Of a DNA stretch of 48,857 bases, positions 17,835 through 27,238 are shown one piece after another; within the stretch, counting starts at the first letter, position 1; every line of letters starts with the position of its first letter. The notes under the pieces are model-generated. The model was not told the origin of the DNA. It was given only the letters and a program-made list of their open reading frames with translations, and ran no database searches. The position numbers were made by a program, and so were the translations under genes. Source of the DNA: a virus (lineage: Duplodnaviria > Caudoviricetes); IMG/VR virus record IMGVR_UViG_3300011443_000006, positions 1 to 48,857 of that record. One strand, given 5' to 3'.

Positions 17835-19880
17835 TCACTGCACCATGCCTCCCGGTGCTTGCGGTCCCGGCGGCGCCGCGCCAGCCTCCGGCGACGGCAT
17901 CGGACCACCGCCGCCTTGCGGCATGCCCTGCCCGCCTTGTCCGCCCGCCATCGCCATCAGAATCTGCATCTTCGGGTCTTGCATCATCTCTTGCTGCTGG
18001 ATCCGCTGCTGGATCATGCCCTGCGCATCAGAGCCCAGAAACACCTGCTTATCCGGCCACCGATAGACGCGCAACAACTGCTCCAGAATCGACTTGGCCG
18101 CTTGCGGGCTCGACAGCAACATCCCGATCATGGGATTGACTTTCGACAGGTTCGCTAGCGCGACGAGCAACTGATTGGTGTACCCCATCTGTGCGTTGAG
18201 GTCAGCCGACTCAATCGACCCCTTCGGCTTGAACCAGAACTGCCCTTCGATCATGTCCGGGGTAATCCGCCCGTCCACGATCCCCGACACGTCCACCCCG
18301 CGCGCCTCCAAGCCGATAATCAACCCCTGCCCAGCCGGCTTACCGTTCTGCTCACGCAACTGCCGCAGGTAGATATTGTGCCGCGCCTGTCCGAGTTCTT
18401 CCATCGGCTCTTTGAGCCGCTTGACAATCAGGTCCATGCGGACTTCGGCGTACCCCGCACGGATCCGCACTTCGCCTAACGTCGCGTCCTTGCCGGTCTC
18501 TTGCCCGAGAGACGTATCGTTCTGGCCGACGATGCGGTCGGCGTCCATGCGGACATCTGACTTCCACTGGTTGATACTCTGCGGCACGTCGGAGACTTGC
18601 ATCTGCTCGACTTCGCGCATGTCCCGCACCGTAATGACCTGACGCGGCCCCCACGGCTGTTCGTGCTCGTCCCAGAGCGCCCCGACGAGCTTCTTGGTCG
18701 GCGCCGACACCGCGAGCCCGGCCTTGTCCGCGCGCATGTTCCTGACGGCCGTGTCTTCCTCGATGACGGTAATCAGTTTGTGCCCCACCAGCGAGTAGCC
18801 GTCGGTCGATCCCGGCTTCGGGAATGGCACGAACTTGAAGTAGCGCGTGACCCGGTCATCCTTGTGCAACCGGAGCAGAATCCGCTTGTCGCGGTGAATC
18901 GTCGCCCGATACCACCGTTCGCCCTTGCCGTCCAGATCCGCCAAGAACTGCACGGTATACAGCTCTTTCTGACTGGTCGGGCCTTCCTGGGTTGCGTTGT
19001 TCACGGATTGAACAGGCAATTCCTGGGCGTTATTGTCCCGCTCGTTCTCGTCTCCGAGGTCTTCGACCGCCTGCGTGTCGTAGATGCCCTTTTTCGCAAA
19101 GGCTTTGAGTTCAGGGACGCGGCGCCAGAACCGCTTGGCGTAGCCCCAGATTTGCGAACGGTTCTTCGCGTGCGCCGGCAGCGTGTGGAAGTCCAGATAC
19201 GCCGGGACATCGTATTCCGGCCCCTTCCGAACGTGCTGCATTTCGTCGTACTGGACGGTAATACTGTTCGGATCGTCGGTGGACGCCTCCACGTAGTCGC
19301 CCGTCTCGGGATCGCGCTCCGGCAATGGCTGTTGCTTCTCGTCCAGCATCTGCCCGCCCGTCAGAGGGTCCGTCGCCCACTTGACGCGCTTCTCAATCTG
19401 TTCGCGCCGCATCTCCGTGGCTTCGCTAATCTCCAGAATGCCGCACGGTTCCACGAGCGCGCGGAGCATGACCGCATCCAGCGCCGTTTGCAGCCGTTCC
19501 TCTTCAAGTGCCCGCTGGTGGAACTCTTCGACAAACGGTGCTTTCTTCGCGGAGTCGCCCCAGCCTTCGACCGTCCACACGGGCTCGGTAAAGATGGTCT
19601 GCATCAACCTGGCGTGGACCGCGTCCACGTACTCGGAGGCCATCGGAGACGTCAGATCCGCCGCATCCGGCCACGGGGCGTTACCCGTGCGCGTCCGGCC
19701 TTGTTCGTACAGCGTCCACCAGTAGCGGATCTCAGACTCCAACCCTCCGCGTGACTCAATCGCCACGTCCAACTCAGAACTGAGCCACCGCGCCAAGTCT
19801 TCGTACGTGCGTACGTCGGCGTGAGTGCCCTTCAGTTCAGATTCTTTGAGGTCGTACGCAGTCGATTTGGTCTTAGCCAA
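17835..19880 (-). CDS. Portal protein (P22-like)
   Basis: 681 aa; PWPDAA, TLGEV motif, Q/P/G/M-rich C-terminal tail; lies between TerL and scaffold. Confidence 0.85.
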   Translation of the reverse strand: MAKTKSTAYDLKESELKGTHADVRTYEDLARWLSSELDVAIESRGGLESEIRYWWTLYEQGRTRTGNAPWPDAADLTSPMASEYVDAVHARLMQTIFTEPVWTVEGWGDSAKKAPFVEEFHQRALEEERLQTALDAVMLRALVEPCGILEISEATEMRREQIEKRVKWATDPLTGGQMLDEKQQPLPERDPETGDYVEASTDDPNSITVQYDEMQHVRKGPEYDVPAYLDFHTLPAHAKNRSQIWGYAKRFWRRVPELKAFAKKGIYDTQAVEDLGDENERDNNAQELPVQSVNNATQEGPTSQKELYTVQFLADLDGKGERWYRATIHRDKRILLRLHKDDRVTRYFKFVPFPKPGSTDGYSLVGHKLITVIEEDTAVRNMRADKAGLAVSAPTKKLVGALWDEHEQPWGPRQVITVRDMREVEQMQVSDVPQSINQWKSDVRMDADRIVGQNDTSLGQETGKDATLGEVRIRAGYAEVRMDLIVKRLKEPMEELGQARHNIYLRQLREQNGKPAGQGLIIGLEARGVDVSGIVDGRITPDMIEGQFWFKPKGSIESADLNAQMGYTNQLLVALANLSKVNPMIGMLLSSPQAAKSILEQLLRVYRWPDKQVFLGSDAQGMIQQRIQQQEMMQDPKMQILMAMAGGQGGQGMPQGGGGPMPSPEAGAAPPGPQAPGGMVQ

Positions 19881-19889
19881 CGAACAGTC

Positions 19890-20201
19890 CTACTCTTCGG
19901 CCTCGTCACATTCGCAGTACTCGTACCCACAGTCGTCACACTCAAAACTGCTGTCATATAGGCCACAGCATCCAGATGAAACTATCCGCTCAGTGTCGCC
20001 TGGGTTCTTCGACAGAAACGCTTCAACGGCGGTCGTGTTGTAGACCATCGCGTAGCCGTACTCCGCCGCCGACACCACGCGCGCGTGAGGGATCCAGTTC
20101 ACTGGCGGTATCACCGCGACAGGCGCCGCCACCTTCGGCAACGGCACGACCGCCGCGAACGGCGCCGCACCCAGTAACTTCAGGAAGCCGCGTCTTAGCA
20201 C
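19890..20201 (-). CDS. Twin-arginine (Tat) signal protein with Cys-rich C-terminus
   Basis: MLRRGFLKLLGAAPFAAVV matches RRxFLK; C-terminal CC..CDDC..CEC. Confidence 0.55.
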   Translation of the reverse strand: MLRRGFLKLLGAAPFAAVVPLPKVAAPVAVIPPVNWIPHARVVSAAEYGYAMVYNTTAVEAFLSKNPGDTERIVSSGCCGLYDSSFECDDCGYEYCECDEAEE

Positions 20202-20428
20202 TTCCCGCCCTTCTTGCCGCCCTTCGGATACTTGCCGCCAATCTTCACGCCGCCCTTCGCGAGCTGCGGGATGCTGCCTGATGTCATCGCCATCTCTTCC
20301 TCCGGTTCTAGTACCAATGTCACGCGCTGCTGCGGACGATGCACTTCCACGCCCAGAAACCGCGCCGGTTCCACGCCGATCAACTCGGCAAACTGACTGA
20401 TCGACAAGTGCTCACGGACAACTGGCAT
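20195..20428 (-). CDS. Hypothetical protein with basic KGG-rich tail
   Basis: MPVVREHLSISQFAELIGV..KGGKKGGKC. Confidence 0.5.
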   Translation of the reverse strand: MPVVREHLSISQFAELIGVEPARFLGVEVHRPQQRVTLVLEPEEEMAMTSGSIPQLAKGGVKIGGKYPKGGKKGGKC

Positions 20429-20558
20429 CACGCAAACACCGCACGGCGCCGAGACGGGCACGCATGTGGTAGATGCCGGCTCAGGACGTACTGCCGATAG
20501 GGCCACCATTCATGCCCACAGGCGAAACACCGAAGCCGCCAAAACACCGGAAAGACAC

Positions 20559-21653
20559 TCACGCGCCAACCGTCTCCGGTATCTGCGCCGGCAACGGTGC
20601 CCCCAACGGCTGCATCGGCGTCGGCGTGACCAGTGTTTGCCGCCACATCATCGCCTCCGCTAAGCTCCCGACCGTAAACGGCACGCCAGACCGCTTACTG
20701 AGCCAGCTTGACAGGCTCAAGTGGGCATGCGCCGTCCCGCCGAACTGCGTATACACGCTCAGGCTCGGCACGCCCATGCGTAACGCCACCTGTGCGATGC
20801 CGCCATACGTCCCCAGAAAGGCTTGCGCGCGGCCAATCAGCGCCAACTGCACGCCAAGGTTGATGGTCGGCTCTAATTTGGGTAGCGTGTGAATATTCGC
20901 GCCCGTCAATTTCATATCGACGTGCTCATCCCCGTCATGCCCCGAGTCTAAGAGCACAATCGGCACTTGCGCGGCCACTTTCTGCACCACATCGGCCACA
21001 AACGCGCTCGTTTCCGGGTGTGGATGCGGCCACGTCGCCCGGCCATAGAACTTGCACGCCACAAACTGACTCGGCAGCCCGTCAATCGTGATCGGTGGGG
21101 GCGGTTTGTGGATCGGCGCGTAGTCCGTTAGGGCTAAGAGCCCACGGAGCCCCATGTGTTCCTCCCAGAACGGTTCCAGCGCCCAGTACATCCACGACGG
21201 ATGCACGACGTGATACCGCTTGCCAGTCCCAGCGGCTTCCGCAGCCGTCCGCAGCACGTCCCGATCCCACGGCGTGACGCGTGTCTGCTTCTGGAGCTTG
21301 GTTTCGGACCAGTCCTTGAGGTTCTGGATCCGTACTTCGGCCACTGTCCGCAGGTTGTACAGGTCTATGGCTCTGACGGGGCGCCAGTCTTCGAGCTTCG
21401 GTTCGCCTTCCTTGGGGATGGTCGCCCACTGGCCGTATAGGACACTACCGCCGCCGCGTGAGACCACGACCGCCCGCTGCCAGAAATCCGGGACATGTGC
21501 CGACAAGGCACGCAGAAAGGGAATCCAGTACAGCCCCTCGAAACCGACCTCACTCCTCCAGGGTCCCACCAAAATCGGCTTTGAGTCGAGCGAGAGCTTG
21601 CGAGCGAGCGCACGAACGGCGTAGCGGCGCAGGGCTGGACTCATGCGGCCCAC
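20559..21653 (-). CDS. Glycosyltransferase-like protein (GT-B, GT9-like C-terminus)
   Basis: GPWRSEVGFE.LYWIPFLR N-domain; QLALIGRAQAFLGTYGGIAQVALRMGVPSL resembles the GT9 nucleotide-sugar binding signature. Confidence 0.55.
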   Translation of the reverse strand: MGRMSPALRRYAVRALARKLSLDSKPILVGPWRSEVGFEGLYWIPFLRALSAHVPDFWQRAVVVSRGGGSVLYGQWATIPKEGEPKLEDWRPVRAIDLYNLRTVAEVRIQNLKDWSETKLQKQTRVTPWDRDVLRTAAEAAGTGKRYHVVHPSWMYWALEPFWEEHMGLRGLLALTDYAPIHKPPPPITIDGLPSQFVACKFYGRATWPHPHPETSAFVADVVQKVAAQVPIVLLDSGHDGDEHVDMKLTGANIHTLPKLEPTINLGVQLALIGRAQAFLGTYGGIAQVALRMGVPSLSVYTQFGGTAHAHLSLSSWLSKRSGVPFTVGSLAEAMMWRQTLVTPTPMQPLGAPLPAQIPETVGA

Positions 21654-21895
21654 TGCCTCGGTTTCGCCAAGAGTGCCCCCTTTTTCGCACGCTGGATCAC
21701 GTCCTCGGCCCGTTCATGGCCCTTCGCAAAGCCAATCGCCTCGCGCAGATACCAACACAGGGCGTAGGTGTCGCCGTCCGCATGCGTAATCCAGATTTCA
21801 GGCTCCTCGGCGGTCCCGTCGATCACGGCGCGGCCGTCCCAGCCCACCGCGCGCACATACCAGTCGGCCAATGTCTCGTCTAGCAGGGGCGTCAT
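21641..21895 (-). CDS. Hypothetical protein
   Basis: Start MTPLLDETL with GAGG RBS and ATGA overlap. Confidence 0.55.
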   Translation of the reverse strand: MTPLLDETLADWYVRAVGWDGRAVIDGTAEEPEIWITHADGDTYALCWYLREAIGFAKGHERAEDVIQRAKKGALLAKPRQWAA

Positions 21896-22152
21896 ACCGA
21901 CCTCGCCGCGTCCGCAAGGGCTTGCGTGTCTACCGTGGGCGCGATGTTGCCACCAGTATTCGCCCACGCGGCTCGCGTGGCGGCCCTGTTGAGTTCCGCT
22001 GCCACGTCCACCCGGTGTGCATAGAGAATCTGCGTGGCCGTGTACATCGCACGCGCGGGTAACGGGATCGCGTCCCACCCGACCGGATCATGTGGCGTAG
22101 GCCCGAGAGCCCGCCGAGCCCGAGACTGCGCCCGCCGCGAAGCCCAGCCCAT
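21892..22152 (-). CDS. Hypothetical protein
   Basis: 86 aa, TAATG-coupled to TerL. Confidence 0.55.
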   Translation of the reverse strand: MGWASRRAQSRARRALGPTPHDPVGWDAIPLPARAMYTATQILYAHRVDVAAELNRAATRAAWANTGGNIAPTVDTQALADAARSV

Positions 22153-23816
22153 TACCAGCCTCCCCTCCCGCCGATCCGCACCCGTCGATCCGCTGGATCC
22201 CGATCCTTCCGCATCAGCTTTACCTCTCGCACCAATCGCGCCTCCACTTCTGCCAGCGTCTCCCCCGTCGGCCCCACCGCTCGCATCGTCCCCGCCACCG
22301 CCGCATGCGCCACACGTTGCGCCATCGCCGCCACCCGCTTATCCGCCGCGTACATCTCCTGCGCCATCGGCTTGCGAATCTTCTCCCCCAGCACCACGTA
22401 CTCGCCCGCGTTCATCAAGTCGTCAAACCGCGTGCCCTTGCGCGGCTTCCGCACGTTCGGATGCGCGTCACTCGCCGCGTGGTCATCCCAGATGTAGCCA
22501 AACTCAAAGGCGGCTTGTAACAGGTTGGTCGGCGTCTCCACGATGGACGCCCCGTCCTTGCTGATCTCCAGCGTCCGAGGGTTCATCACAAAAGCTGGTG
22601 AGCCGTCACGGGCGGTCCGCTCCATGTGGCCGGCAATCACTTGGATCGCCCCATACCGGACGCTGGCGTCGTTGCTGTCAGGCTCCCATCGCGCCGGTAC
22701 CCCAAGGTCGTGGAGCAGCTTGATCGCGGTCTCCTTGCGCCCTTGGTTGCCTGTCGCACCCGTCGGATCCGCCCAGCAGTAGACGTCCGTCACCTTCGGG
22801 AACCAGCGCCGCCGGATGTCCAGTACCCGTGGCGCGAAGCTCTCCAGATACAGTTCCTTGCCCTTCACCCCACCGAGCACCCGCAAGGCGCCTAAGTGGG
22901 TGATGTACTGCCACCAGACGACAGCCGGCTTTTCCTGCCCGAAGTCCCAGCCCTCGAGCAGAGGGTAATACGGGTCCAGGTCCAGCCGTGGGTCTAGGTG
23001 GACGGTGCGATCGAACGACCCGGCATAGACGGGCTTGCCCATCAGGGTGACACCGCGCCGCCCCTCGATCACGGCCGGCCGTAACACGTGACCGGGGGGA
23101 TAGTCCTTCTCGTACCCCATCATCACGTCAGGACCAAGGTTCTGGGCGTTGCTGTAGAGGTCGGCTCGAATGTGCGCGTGGTCGTCTCGCGTGCAGAAGT
23201 CTCCGATGGCGTCAACCGGGAACTCTTCCGTAATCCAGTGATCCATGTCCACCGCGTTGTGGACCAGCACGACCTTGAGCGGGTAGCGATACGGCTCACC
23301 TAAGGGCGTGCGGCTCTGGGATAGCCGTTCCTTCAGCCCTTGGTAGTTGACCCGTGGGACTTCCTGCGCCTCTTCGATGATGACAACCGCGATGGTCTTG
23401 CCCTTGTACTTGCCGTGGACCGCATCGGCCGTCATCGCTTCGCCCACCTTCAGACTGGACAGGTAGACACGCGAGCCGGTGAACACCCCGCCAATGTGCT
23501 TGCCGTTCGGGAAATCGTAGGCTTGCTCTGAAGGATTCCAGATGGCCCGAAGGCTCTCGGGGAAGAAGACGTCGATCTTGCCCCAGACGTCCCGGAGCTG
23601 AATCAGACCATCGTCCTTATACCGGCAGTAGAAGACCTGGATGCCCGGATACTTGAATGCCAGCTTGCGGATCCAGAAGCCCACGCCCCAGGACTTCGCC
23701 GACCGTGGCGAGCCTTCGACGTCCCAGCACCGCTCCAGGCACTCGTCGATCTGGAGGATCTGGACCTGTGGCCCGGTCATGGGCGGGAGGTCGATCGACA
23801 GTTCAGCAGCACTCAT
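22152..23816 (-). CDS. terL: Terminase large subunit
   Basis: Walker A-like GSPRSAKS, Walker B VVIIEEA, nuclease GWDFG, WADP, DDLMNA. Confidence 0.9.
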   Translation of the reverse strand: MSAAELSIDLPPMTGPQVQILQIDECLERCWDVEGSPRSAKSWGVGFWIRKLAFKYPGIQVFYCRYKDDGLIQLRDVWGKIDVFFPESLRAIWNPSEQAYDFPNGKHIGGVFTGSRVYLSSLKVGEAMTADAVHGKYKGKTIAVVIIEEAQEVPRVNYQGLKERLSQSRTPLGEPYRYPLKVVLVHNAVDMDHWITEEFPVDAIGDFCTRDDHAHIRADLYSNAQNLGPDVMMGYEKDYPPGHVLRPAVIEGRRGVTLMGKPVYAGSFDRTVHLDPRLDLDPYYPLLEGWDFGQEKPAVVWWQYITHLGALRVLGGVKGKELYLESFAPRVLDIRRRWFPKVTDVYCWADPTGATGNQGRKETAIKLLHDLGVPARWEPDSNDASVRYGAIQVIAGHMERTARDGSPAFVMNPRTLEISKDGASIVETPTNLLQAAFEFGYIWDDHAASDAHPNVRKPRKGTRFDDLMNAGEYVVLGEKIRKPMAQEMYAADKRVAAMAQRVAHAAVAGTMRAVGPTGETLAEVEARLVREVKLMRKDRDPADRRVRIGGRGGW

Positions 23817-24045
23817 TGGTTCGCACAGAGCGCAGCGGCTTCTAGTAGCGTCACGCGGGCCTCTAGCAACTGGAGGAGCCGCGCCAGGAGCACCGCGATC
23901 GCTTCGGCATATCCATCGCTCACTTCCGCCGCTCCTGCTCGGTCCCCGTCGTCATACCCGGAGTGCCTCAGCCCCAGACATGCCTAGGTAAGCCCTGCCG
24001 TGCGGTGACGATGTGTCATTTTCATTAAGGAAAAGCGCGGCCGCG

Positions 24046-24543
24046 CTAGTTCGTGGACCGCTCAAACCCAGACCACGGGCCATTCAGGCGCGGCTGTCCG
24101 CCGCCGTCATCGTGGCACTCATTCGGGTAATGCACCCGCATCCGGGCATCAATGGTGCCGGGGTCGGTGCCCGGGAACGCCCATTCGTAGACCGCGCGGC
24201 GATTGTGCGGGCCGCTCAGCGTATCCACCTGCACCTCGAGCATCGCGAAGCCGTCACGGTTGCGTAGCACCTCGATCTGGTATCGCTTGAGGTATTTGCC
24301 CGCCTCATCCTTCAGCACATCGAAGGTGAAGTGGAAGACGCCCTTGCGCGCCTCAGTCACCCCAAACGAAGAAAAGGCGAACTCTGGGCAGAAGGCGGCA
24401 GGAGCCACAGGAGCAGCAGGAACCGCTACAACAGGCGCCACAGCCACGACAGGCGCCGGCACGGGGGTAGGGGTAGGCAGCGCCTCGGAACCGCTACAGG
24501 CGCCACACAGGGCCGCCAGCACCGCAATGTAGAGCTTACTCAT
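24046..24543 (-). CDS. Lipoprotein with Pro-rich linker and FN3-like domain
   Basis: MSKLYIAVLAALCGAC lipobox, PTPTPVPAP linker, C-terminal GPWS. Confidence 0.65.
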   Translation of the reverse strand: MSKLYIAVLAALCGACSGSEALPTPTPVPAPVVAVAPVVAVPAAPVAPAAFCPEFAFSSFGVTEARKGVFHFTFDVLKDEAGKYLKRYQIEVLRNRDGFAMLEVQVDTLSGPHNRRAVYEWAFPGTDPGTIDARMRVHYPNECHDDGGGQPRLNGPWSGFERSTN

Positions 24544-24736
24544 GCGTCCTCTGAGCACCGCCATCACGACGATGGCTGCAAGTATCGCGATGCCAAGCAC
24601 TTCGCGTCTACCTGGCACAGCCAGCACACCGCATCGCCAGCCCGTACCCCGCTGCGCCCGCACTCACACGCAACCGTGACTGGCCACATGCGGGTCTCCA
24701 CGCGGTGGCGAGGTGCCATTTTGTCTAACAATTTCA

Positions 24737-25024
24737 CTAGGTCTTATTCGTCGCGCCTGGCTGCTGATGGATGACAAACGTCACTGACGCAGCCCCGAGC
24801 AGCGGCTCGCCGTCCTTGCCTGTCACCTGGAGCGGCAGCACCTTGCCCACTAACCCGAGGAAGGCTTGCGGCGTCTTTTGGCTCTGTTCCTTCAGATACT
24901 CAACCCCACCGGCTTTGTCTAACGCCTGCAGAATCATGTCTTTGAGCTGCGCCGGCACCTTGTTCACCGAACCCCTTGGCCGACCAGGCCCGCCTTTGCG
25001 TAATCCACTGGTGTTTCGAGCCAT
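24737..25024 (-). CDS. terS: Terminase small subunit
   Basis: GPGRPRGSVNK..LKDMILQAL..AGG..YL..FL.LVGKVLPLQVTGKDGEPL signature. Confidence 0.8.
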   Translation of the reverse strand: MARNTSGLRKGGPGRPRGSVNKVPAQLKDMILQALDKAGGVEYLKEQSQKTPQAFLGLVGKVLPLQVTGKDGEPLLGAASVTFVIHQQPGATNKT

Positions 25025-25057
25025 GCGATTAGCTCAACGCTAGAATAATCGGAACCG

Positions 25058-25396
25058 TCAAGGCGTTGACGCCGCCAGTGTCGCGTCTGGTAAGCGCTTG
25101 AAGCCATACAGGCCCTGAGGATTGATCGTCCATACTTCTGGGGTGAGGACAGGCTCGCCGGCCGCGTTGTAGCTCACGCCTTGACCGATGACCACGTACC
25201 AGCCCTGCTCGTCGGTGGAGCGGTATTCCACGTCCTCGACGAAGCACCCGATCTGGCTGATGCAACCTGAGGCGAATTTGACCTTATCGCCAAGAACGAA
25301 CCTGGCTTTCGGTGTGATGTCCTGGCCGTACGCGGCGAATCCCACCAGGCCAGCGAGCGAGAGCGCGATGAGGGCCGTCGCGATCTTGTCCGTCAC
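25058..25396 (-). CDS. Secreted/membrane-anchored hypothetical protein
   Basis: Signal-like N-terminus MTDKIATALIALSLAGLVGFAAYG; Cys pair. Confidence 0.65.
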   Translation of the reverse strand: MTDKIATALIALSLAGLVGFAAYGQDITPKARFVLGDKVKFASGCISQIGCFVEDVEYRSTDEQGWYVVIGQGVSYNAAGEPVLTPEVWTINPQGLYGFKRLPDATLAASTP

Positions 25397-25563
25397 CGCT
25401 TCGCCCGCCGTGGTTTGTGGGCGAGCGCGTACTGCTCATGAAGCCAGAGCACGTACATGTCCAAGCCATCGCAGCGAGATTCGAGCGCGTCAAGCCTCTT
25501 TTTGAGCGCGCGCAAGTTTCGGAGTGTCAGATCCTGCGGTTTTCGCGTGGGCCGATCCGGCAC
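25393..25563 (-). CDS. First gene of late transcript (56 aa coiled coil, probably leaderless; not in ORF track)
   Basis: MPDRPTRKPQDLTLRNLRALKKRLDALE..; GTG 6 nt after TGtTACAAT; GTGA-coupled to the next gene. Confidence 0.55.
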   Translation of the reverse strand: MPDRPTRKPQDLTLRNLRALKKRLDALESRCDGLDMYVLWLHEQYALAHKPRRAKR

Positions 25564-25569
25564 TCAGCC

Positions 25570-25578
25570 ATTGTAACA
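25570..25578 (-). promoter_or_regulatory. Extended -10 promoter of the late/packaging operon
   Basis: TGtTACAAT directly upstream of the GTG at 25563. Confidence 0.5.
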
Positions 25579-25668
25579 CATTATCTGAGGTCTGACACGG
25601 TTTCAGTGTCTTCTATCTTGCGGTTTCGCTGTCTCTTCAAAAATCTTCAATCACCCTCTCAATAGGTG

Positions 25669-25697
25669 TTGACACTATCAAATCGCTTTGTTATTCT
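25669..25697 (+). promoter_or_regulatory. Sigma70-like early promoter
   Basis: TTGACA-17 bp-TATTCT with TGn extension and AT-rich upstream sequence. Confidence 0.75.
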
Positions 25698-25714
25698 CCT
25701 GTCCGGAGCAGGCA

Positions 25715-25936
25715 ATGACAGACAAAATCGCAGCGGGTGACCGAGTCCGATTTCAAGCCGTGCTATCAAACGGCTCCTTCGCTACTTGGTCTGCCGTGGT
25801 TGTCAGAGTGGACGGCGCCGTGGCTCTTGTGCGCCATCCGGCGCGCGCCAGATCATTCCCATTCTCGCCGGTCAAGGCGCCTGGTCTGTATCGGTACCTC
25901 GCCGCAAACTTGACGCCAGCCCGCACGCCCCGATAG
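25715..25936 (+). CDS. Early small SH3-like hypothetical protein
   Basis: GGAG RBS; MTDKIAAGDRVRF. Confidence 0.65.
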   Translation: MTDKIAAGDRVRFQAVLSNGSFATWSAVVVRVDGAVALVRHPARARSFPFSPVKAPGLYRYLAANLTPARTPR

Positions 25937-25942
25937 GCGGCC

Positions 25943-26233
25943 ATCAGGCCTACAGGAGATTCGAGACCATGGCAACCACACAGGAGACAGCAATGACCAC
26001 AAGCCACCGGATCAAGCTCGAAGGACTCGAACTGCTCAAGGCTATTCAGCGCCGCGAATCAGGCCGGGTTGGCTTTTGGTTCACCACGTTTGGCACGCTT
26101 TGCGTGGCGTGGGACGGTCGCAACGGTACGCGGTATTGCGCCTCATGCTGGCAAGGCACCACAACCGTACAGCGCGTTCGCATCTACTAGACGGCAATCA
26201 GGCCGACAGGAGAGTAGAGACCATGGCAACCAC
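25943..26233 (+). repeat. Duplicated 37-nt translation-initiation block (25943-25979 and 26197-26233)
   Basis: ATCAGGCCnACAGGAGAnTnGAGACCATGGCAACCAC with 3 mismatches. Confidence 0.85.
25969..26190 (+). CDS. Early hypothetical protein (alternative start 25993)
   Basis: Two in-frame ATGs, each preceded by AGGAG. Confidence 0.65.
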   Translation: MATTQETAMTTSHRIKLEGLELLKAIQRRESGRVGFWFTTFGTLCVAWDGRNGTRYCASCWQGTTTVQRVRIY

Positions 26234-26492
26234 TCACCGCGTGACCCAGGAAACAGCCCGCCGCGTGCTATCAGTGCTCGCCGCGCATGGTGGGGACATC
26301 AACGCCGCGGCCCATGACGTCAACCTCGGGATCGTCTCCCTTGGCGGTTACTACACCGACCGCAAGTCAGAGGCGGCATTGACCGTGCTGCGCCGGCTCC
26401 AGCAGCAAGAGCAGGCCGGACACGTCGAAACCGTCAGCCGATGGCGCCAGCAGCTCGCAGCCATCGCAGCCGGCGAAACCGTCAACGCTTAA
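26223..26492 (+). CDS. Early hypothetical protein
   Basis: AGGAG RBS; MATTHRVTQETARR. Confidence 0.65.
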   Translation: MATTHRVTQETARRVLSVLAAHGGDINAAAHDVNLGIVSLGGYYTDRKSEAALTVLRRLQQQEQAGHVETVSRWRQQLAAIAAGETVNA

Positions 26493-26815
26493 CCCCGTAG
26501 AGAGACAGGAGCACAGACCAATGACCTCAATCCACAGCATTCAAACAGGCGACAAGGTCAAGGGACTTTACATGGACGTGCCTTACACGGGCGTCGTGGA
26601 TAGCCAGCGACCGCACACTATGAACCATCGCATTACCTTGTTTTTCGTGACACTTGACCAGCCGATCACCGTGTTCGGCTTTGAGCGAGACGGCATCAAT
26701 CTGTGCCTGTCCGATGATGCTGCCGCGCAGATGCACTTCCTTGGTAGCGACCACATCGATTCGACTATCCAGCACGCCTAACCCCGTTAGAGAGACAGGA
26801 GACAGACCAAATGAC
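26485..26815 (+). repeat. Duplicated stop/RBS/start block (26485-26525 and 26774-26815)
   Basis: ACGCyTAACCCCGT(T)AGAGAGACAGGAG(C)ACAGACCAA(A)TGAC. Confidence 0.85.
26521..26781 (+). CDS. Early SH3-like hypothetical protein
   Basis: GDKVKGLYMDVPYTGVV..VTLDQPITVFG; AGGAG RBS. Confidence 0.7.
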   Translation: MTSIHSIQTGDKVKGLYMDVPYTGVVDSQRPHTMNHRITLFFVTLDQPITVFGFERDGINLCLSDDAAAQMHFLGSDHIDSTIQHA

Positions 26816-27209
26816 TAAACGCGAAGCAATGGAACTCACCCGCCAAGAAAACGCCATGATGATGCTGGGCATCTCTCGCGCCGATGCGGAAGCCTTGCGC
26901 CGTATCTCGATGACCCTGCGCCGCTGGTTCGAGCGCGAATGTGGCATCGATAACGGCTGCATCGAGCGCGACGAGGACACAAATAAGACCTACTGGCTCA
27001 ACAGCATGTCCGGCCGACGCTACCCGATACCGGACCGCGAAACCGGCGCACGCAAGCGCCTGGATGCCATTATGCGCGCCTATCCTGGCCTGACTGCCTA
27101 CGTGCAAGGCGACCCGCGCGGATCTTCGCTCTACATCCTGACCGCCGATCAGCTCCAGTCAGAACATGGAATCGACTCCATATACACGCGCGGCGTGTCT
27201 GTCGCTTAA
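26811..27209 (+). CDS. Conserved phage early protein (QGDPRG motif)
   Basis: TLRRWFERECG, DRETGA, YVQGDPRG..LYI. Confidence 0.75.
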   Translation: MTKREAMELTRQENAMMMLGISRADAEALRRISMTLRRWFERECGIDNGCIERDEDTNKTYWLNSMSGRRYPIPDRETGARKRLDAIMRAYPGLTAYVQGDPRGSSLYILTADQLQSEHGIDSIYTRGVSVA

Positions 27210-27238
27210 CCTACTCATTATACAGGAGATACGCCACC

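Noticed and set aside
199-24774. Many long plus-strand ORFs opposite the late genes (e.g. 12528..13580, 13609..14826, 18597..19754)
   Set aside because: Arg/Pro-rich shadow frames of GC-rich coding sequence with no RBS or motifs.
25379-25732. Two divergent genes both starting MTDKIA
   Set aside because: Codons differ and similarity ends after six residues, so coincidence cannot be excluded.
25943-26815. Spaced 37-42 nt repeats as a CRISPR or mini-array
   Set aside because: The intervening sequences are 200-300 nt protein-coding genes, the repeats contain RBS and start codons, and there are no cas genes.
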